From Obrimoposthia wandeli (taxonomy: Eukaryota), in NCBI GenBank assembly GCA_977020255.1, contig CDROCS010004085.1:62001-126000 (forward strand): 64,000 bases of DNA, in the 5' to 3' direction. A program made the translations under genes and the position numbers. This document shows positions 60,100 to 64,000 of this stretch, one piece after another. Each line of letters opens with the position of its first letter. Position 1 is the stretch's first letter. The notes beneath the pieces are model-generated. The model saw only the letters and a program-made list of their open reading frames with translations. It made no database searches and was not told where the DNA came from.

Positions 60100-60601
60100 T
60101 ATGATATTTAGATATGTATAAAATAGGTATTAGACATCTACGTTTGATGCCTATTTTTTCCTCCCTTCTTATTTATTTCACCTTCAATCTCATCATTTTT
60201 CATCGTATGTTCTACAAAGGCTATAAATGAGCGCTTGCTCACAAACAGAATATTGCACTGCTTTTTAGCTGCTGAATACACATTACATTCTCAATATAAT
60301 GATTTTTAGTTGTTAATTATTAGTGACTTATGGTTTTATTGGTTAACCCATCTAGTTTTACGCTAGCGTAGACACTTAATTTGAAGTGTTAAACTGACTT
60401 AATTTGAAATGGTGGTTTATAGTTTTGTATTATTCGTTTTAATCAAAATTTAAATTGTCTTTACTTGGCTTTTGCAGTTTTTTGTTTAATCCTAATTGTA
60501 ATCGAATTGTTACAAAGTGGCGGCGCCGAATAACATTCTTAAGCGTTAAACAGAATGTTGTTTTTTTCTAGGGACTTAAGCAAGCATTAGGACAAGATGA
60601 T

Positions 60602-61258
60602 ATGAATTCTACGCTAGATCGTACTCTACAACTGACTCAATTAAGTGGACAGGCTGTAAAAGAACTTTCTCCATCATTCGACCAATTACCCAAAACTGAT
60701 CACGCTGATGGTGAATATCGATTACGTCGTTATTCAATTGTGAGAGTAAGTAATGGCAAAGTTCAAACTATGCCTGAGCGTCGTTTTATGCAGTCTGATG
60801 AGGTTAATACCTTTCAAGGAAATGTTTGTCGTAGCTTTGAACCATTAGATGAAAGCATGCTTAGTAGCGCAGGTATGTTTGAGATGTGCGAAGTCTTTAA
60901 AAATGCCAATTTACTGTCTGATGAGCAAGAGATTGAAATTCACCAAATTCGTATTGCTACAATTCATGGTGAAACACAAGTTGCGCCAGAAGGCGTACAT
61001 CAAGATGGGTTTAATCATATTGCCGTGATTGGTATTGATCGCCATAACATTGAAGGTGGCGAATTCATGGTTTATCGAGATAAAACAGATATCCCATTTT
61101 TAAGCATGGCGTTACAGCAGGGCGAAGTTGCCATTTTAGCGGATAACCAACTATGGCATAACGCTCGTCCGATCAAAGCGGTAAAGCAAAATGAGCAAGG
61201 TTATCTTGATGTGTTTGTACTAACAGCAAAGGAGGCTGCTCATGCTCTTCACGCCTAA
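60602..61258 (+). CDS. 2OG-Fe(II) dioxygenase, 2OG-Fe_Oxy_2 (BsmA/IDO-like) family
   Basis: YRLRRYS, APEGVHQDG (HxD), GGEF, LWHNARP (distal His). Confidence 0.85.
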   Translation: MNSTLDRTLQLTQLSGQAVKELSPSFDQLPKTDHADGEYRLRRYSIVRVSNGKVQTMPERRFMQSDEVNTFQGNVCRSFEPLDESMLSSAGMFEMCEVFKNANLLSDEQEIEIHQIRIATIHGETQVAPEGVHQDGFNHIAVIGIDRHNIEGGEFMVYRDKTDIPFLSMALQQGEVAILADNQLWHNARPIKAVKQNEQGYLDVFVLTAKEAAHALHA

Positions 61259-62513
61259 TGCTGTTCGCTCTGCGTTTCCTGCTTTACATCAAACTGTCAA
61301 TAATAAGCCCGTTTACTTTTTTGATGGCCCTGGCGGCTCACAAGTACCTCAGCCAGTTTTAGATGCGATGATAGGGTATCTTGGACACTACAACTCTAAC
61401 TTGGGTGGTTCTTTTTTCTCGAGTTCAGTAACAGTATCTTTGATGCAAGAAGCGAGAATATCGGCTCAAGCATTGTTAGGTGCAGCGTCACCCAACAATA
61501 TTGTGTTTGGCGCAAACATGACCTCACTCACTTTCCAATTAAGTCGTGCGATTAGCCGCGATTGGCAAGCAGGTGATGAGGTGATCGTAACAGCGTTAGA
61601 TCACTATTCAAATGTGTCTAGCTGGCAACAAGCCGCTGAAGATAAAGGTGTAATTGTTCACCAAGTAAGAGTGAACGAAGACGATTGCACGTTAGATTAT
61701 AATCATTTTGAATCTCTGCTTAGTGATAAAACCCGCTTGGTTGCAGTAACGTACGCCTCGAATACGACCGGATCTTTAGTGGATGTGAAGCGATTAATCG
61801 ATGCTGCACATGCTGTTGACGCGCAAGTTTATGTTGATGCGGTGCACTATGCGCCACACGGTCTAGTGGATGTACAAGATCTTGATTGTGACTATTTAGT
61901 GTGTTCAGCCTATAAATTCTTTGGTCCACATGTAGGGATTGCTTACATAGCTCCCCAGTGGTTACAGGCATTACAACCTTATAAAGTTGAACCAGCAACA
62001 GATGAAGGACCCGGACGGTTTGAAACTGGCACACAAAGTTTTGAGGCGTTAGCTGGATTTGTTGCTGCGGTGGATTATCTTGCGCAGTGGGGCGATCAAG
62101 ATGCATCGTTACGTCAACGCTTATTAACGAGTTTTGTTCAATATCAAGAGCATGAAAAAGCCCTTAGTCATCATTTTTTAAGCAAGCTTGCAGAGTTTGG
62201 TAACGTGAGTTTGTATGGAATTAATAGCCCAAACCGACTAAGTGAGCGCACACCAACTTTTGCGATACGGATTCATGATGTAATGCCATCAGATGTTGCG
62301 GCACATCTTGGGCAAAAGAATATGTGTGTGTGGAATGGTCATTTTTACGCCCAAGGATTGTGTAAACAGTTAGGCGTAATGAATAACGGTGGCGTTATTC
62401 GCATTGGTTTAATGCACTACAACACGATTGATGAAATTGATTCACTATTTACTGAGTTAGCGCCATTTCTAATAAAAAATAAGATAAATATAAAAACAAT
62501 AAGATATAAATAG
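61242..62513 (+). CDS. Class V PLP enzyme, cysteine desulfurase-like (VC1184-type subfamily)
   Basis: FFDGPGGSQVP, DHYSN, YVDAVHYAPH, CSAYKFFGPH (PLP Lys), FETGT; overlaps the upstream gene by 17 nt. Confidence 0.9.
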   Translation: MLFTPNAVRSAFPALHQTVNNKPVYFFDGPGGSQVPQPVLDAMIGYLGHYNSNLGGSFFSSSVTVSLMQEARISAQALLGAASPNNIVFGANMTSLTFQLSRAISRDWQAGDEVIVTALDHYSNVSSWQQAAEDKGVIVHQVRVNEDDCTLDYNHFESLLSDKTRLVAVTYASNTTGSLVDVKRLIDAAHAVDAQVYVDAVHYAPHGLVDVQDLDCDYLVCSAYKFFGPHVGIAYIAPQWLQALQPYKVEPATDEGPGRFETGTQSFEALAGFVAAVDYLAQWGDQDASLRQRLLTSFVQYQEHEKALSHHFLSKLAEFGNVSLYGINSPNRLSERTPTFAIRIHDVMPSDVAAHLGQKNMCVWNGHFYAQGLCKQLGVMNNGGVIRIGLMHYNTIDEIDSLFTELAPFLIKNKINIKTIRYK

Positions 62514-62824
62514 ATTCAAACAATGTCACAGGCTTGAAATTTCTAAAATAACGATAAAGCCCTGCAAGTCTACCTCGTGAAGGTTTTACTTCAGGGCTGT
62601 TTTTGTTAGCAATGAGTTTCCTTTCTCTTGCTATATAATGGCAACTAAGCAATCGATCAAATTGTGCCATTCGAGATATCACTAACACTTGATTTATTTG
62701 AAAAATGTCAAAAAATCACACCATTAGTCTGCTCACGGTATAAAATTAACGGTAAGATGATTGAGAATATTATGTTGAAAGATACATAGACTCTATAAAT
62801 AGAAAAATAAATGGTGAGTAGCAA

Positions 62825-63016
62825 ATGTTAAAATATATTGTATTGGCGTTAATTGGCTTTGGTATTTATATTGGTGTGACTTATCAAGACCAATTTTCAG
62901 ATCTAACTAATTCCCGTTCATTCGAAGATGTTCAAGACGTCTATGAAGATGTTAAAGATCAAGCGATGGATGATTTTAGTAGCATTTCTGACAAGGTCGA
63001 AGACCTTCAGAATTAA
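62825..63016 (+). CDS. Small membrane-anchored hypothetical protein (63 aa)
   Basis: RBS-like ggtgag, N-terminal TM, acidic helical tail. Confidence 0.65.
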   Translation: MLKYIVLALIGFGIYIGVTYQDQFSDLTNSRSFEDVQDVYEDVKDQAMDDFSSISDKVEDLQN

Positions 63017-63053
63017 TAGTAAACCTCGCTTGTAACTTGGGGCTGGATTCAAG

Positions 63054-63093
63054 AAAAAAGGTCGAGTCACTGAAAAGTGACTCGACCTTTTTT
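63054..63093. terminator. Bidirectional intrinsic terminator
   Basis: aaaaaaggtcgagtcact-gaaa-agtgactcgacctttttt. Confidence 0.88.
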
Positions 63094-63153
63094 GTATTAT
63101 CTGAGGTATACGGTATTTTTATGTACCGTATTGTAAGAGACTGATTATGTAGT

Positions 63154-64000
63154 TTAGTGGCCGGCTACAATGTAGAAGTAGTAAATCATTGATGCAGCGA
63201 TAACATAAACAGACCAATGGTCTTCTTTATACCGACCTGTTGCGAGTTTTAGGAATGCGTACACTAACATTGCAGCGGCAATACCATTACCCGCATTAAA
63301 GCTAAATATACTCATGGCGACACAGACGAACGCAGGTAGGTATTCAGTAATATCGTCGTAGTTTACTTTCTTCATTGAACCCATCATTGAAATACCAATG
63401 TACATTAGAACGGGTGCCGTTGCGGCAGTAGGAATCATGCCAGCAAGTGGTGCTAAAAAGAGCGTTAAGGCAAAACAGCCAGCCGTTACAATGGCTGTGA
63501 GGCCTGTACGACCGCCAGCTTCAACACCAGCAGAACTTTCTACATAAGTGGTTAATACTGGGCATGAAAACAGTGCGCCAAATGTTGTTGCACAAGAATC
63601 GACATGGAAGTTTTTTTCTATACCCGGCAGATTCCCATCTTTATCTAAATATCCCGCTTGTGAGCCGACACCTAGAAGTGTGCCCAGTGTTGAGAAGAAA
63701 TCAGGAATAAAAAAAGCGAGCAAAAAAGGTAAATATACAGGGCTCAGTGCACCCATAACATCAAGCTGGAGGAACATACTATCGATAGAGCCTGGCATGC
63801 TAAAAAAGCTATCTGGAATACTGGTAATACCGAGAGGTAAACTAATTAATGTGGTGAGTAAGATAGCGATAATAATGCCACCCTGTATTTTTCGCGCCAC
63901 AAAAAAGAGTACTAAGAAAAAACCGAGCATGGCGACTAACGTATTCGTTGCTGCTAAATCACCAAAGATGAGCACATTCTTCTTTGGATCCGCAATAATA
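63154..64000 (-). CDS. NCS2/AzgA-family nucleobase (purine) permease, 5' end outside the window
   Basis: DFFSTLGTLLGV, TTYVESSAGVEAGGRTGLTA, ATAPVL, FNAGNGIAA. Confidence 0.9.
   Translation of the reverse strand, partial: IIADPKKNVLIFGDLAATNTLVAMLGFFLVLFFVARKIQGGIIIAILLTTLISLPLGITSIPDSFFSMPGSIDSMFLQLDVMGALSPVYLPFLLAFFIPDFFSTLGTLLGVGSQAGYLDKDGNLPGIEKNFHVDSCATTFGALFSCPVLTTYVESSAGVEAGGRTGLTAIVTAGCFALTLFLAPLAGMIPTAATAPVLMYIGISMMGSMKKVNYDDITEYLPAFVCVAMSIFSFNAGNGIAAAMLVYAFLKLATGRYKEDHWSVYVIAASMIYYFYIVAGH

Noticed and set aside
6070-62106. Numerous antisense or nested ORFs in the track (e.g. 6805-7104, 9308-9736, 29889-30341, 33339-33644, 41626-41925, 56421-56642, 61720-62106)
   Set aside because: Shadow frames of well-supported genes, with no motifs or RBS
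1-64000. CRISPR array, tRNA/rRNA, prophage or recognised anti-phage defence genes
   Set aside because: No regularly spaced repeats, cloverleaf or rRNA-like segments, phage structural genes or defence-domain motifs were recognised

Overview
A 64 kb stretch of a Vibrionaceae genome, most likely Photobacterium-like and probably chromosome II. That assignment is inferred from AT-rich spacers, a tal-tkt pair, a second-copy-type deoD and many MCPs. No rRNA, tRNA, CRISPR array, prophage or intact IS was seen. Recognisable modules: a yjfI-pspA-K+ channel-yjfK-yjfL-yjfM operon lacking its usual glutathionylspermidine-synthase-like last gene; tal-tkt; an orphan hybrid sensor kinase; a zinc-ribbon/HTH transposase-derived gene next to deoD; a complete glucuronate catabolic cluster (TRAP, uxuR, uxuA, uxuB, uxaC, kdgK, eda) with CRP and UxuR-like operators; MCPs and two MCP remnants; a divergent POT transporter; an orphan ChuY-like reductase with a Fur-box candidate; an OMF-EmrA-EmrB efflux operon with divergent LysR and an unannotated 52-aa downstream ORF; two tandem cold-shock genes with identical coding sequences but diverged leaders; FetAB-like ABC genes; and a 2OG-Fe(II) dioxygenase/PLP-enzyme pair. 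Best leads: the possibly domesticated transposase, the GspS-less PspA/K+ channel operon, orphan ChuY, csp concerted evolution, the 2OG/PLP pair, a repeat-flanked decayed dcu fragment, and several enzymes or transporters with substituted catalytic motifs. All family assignments come from motif recognition by eye; no database search was run.
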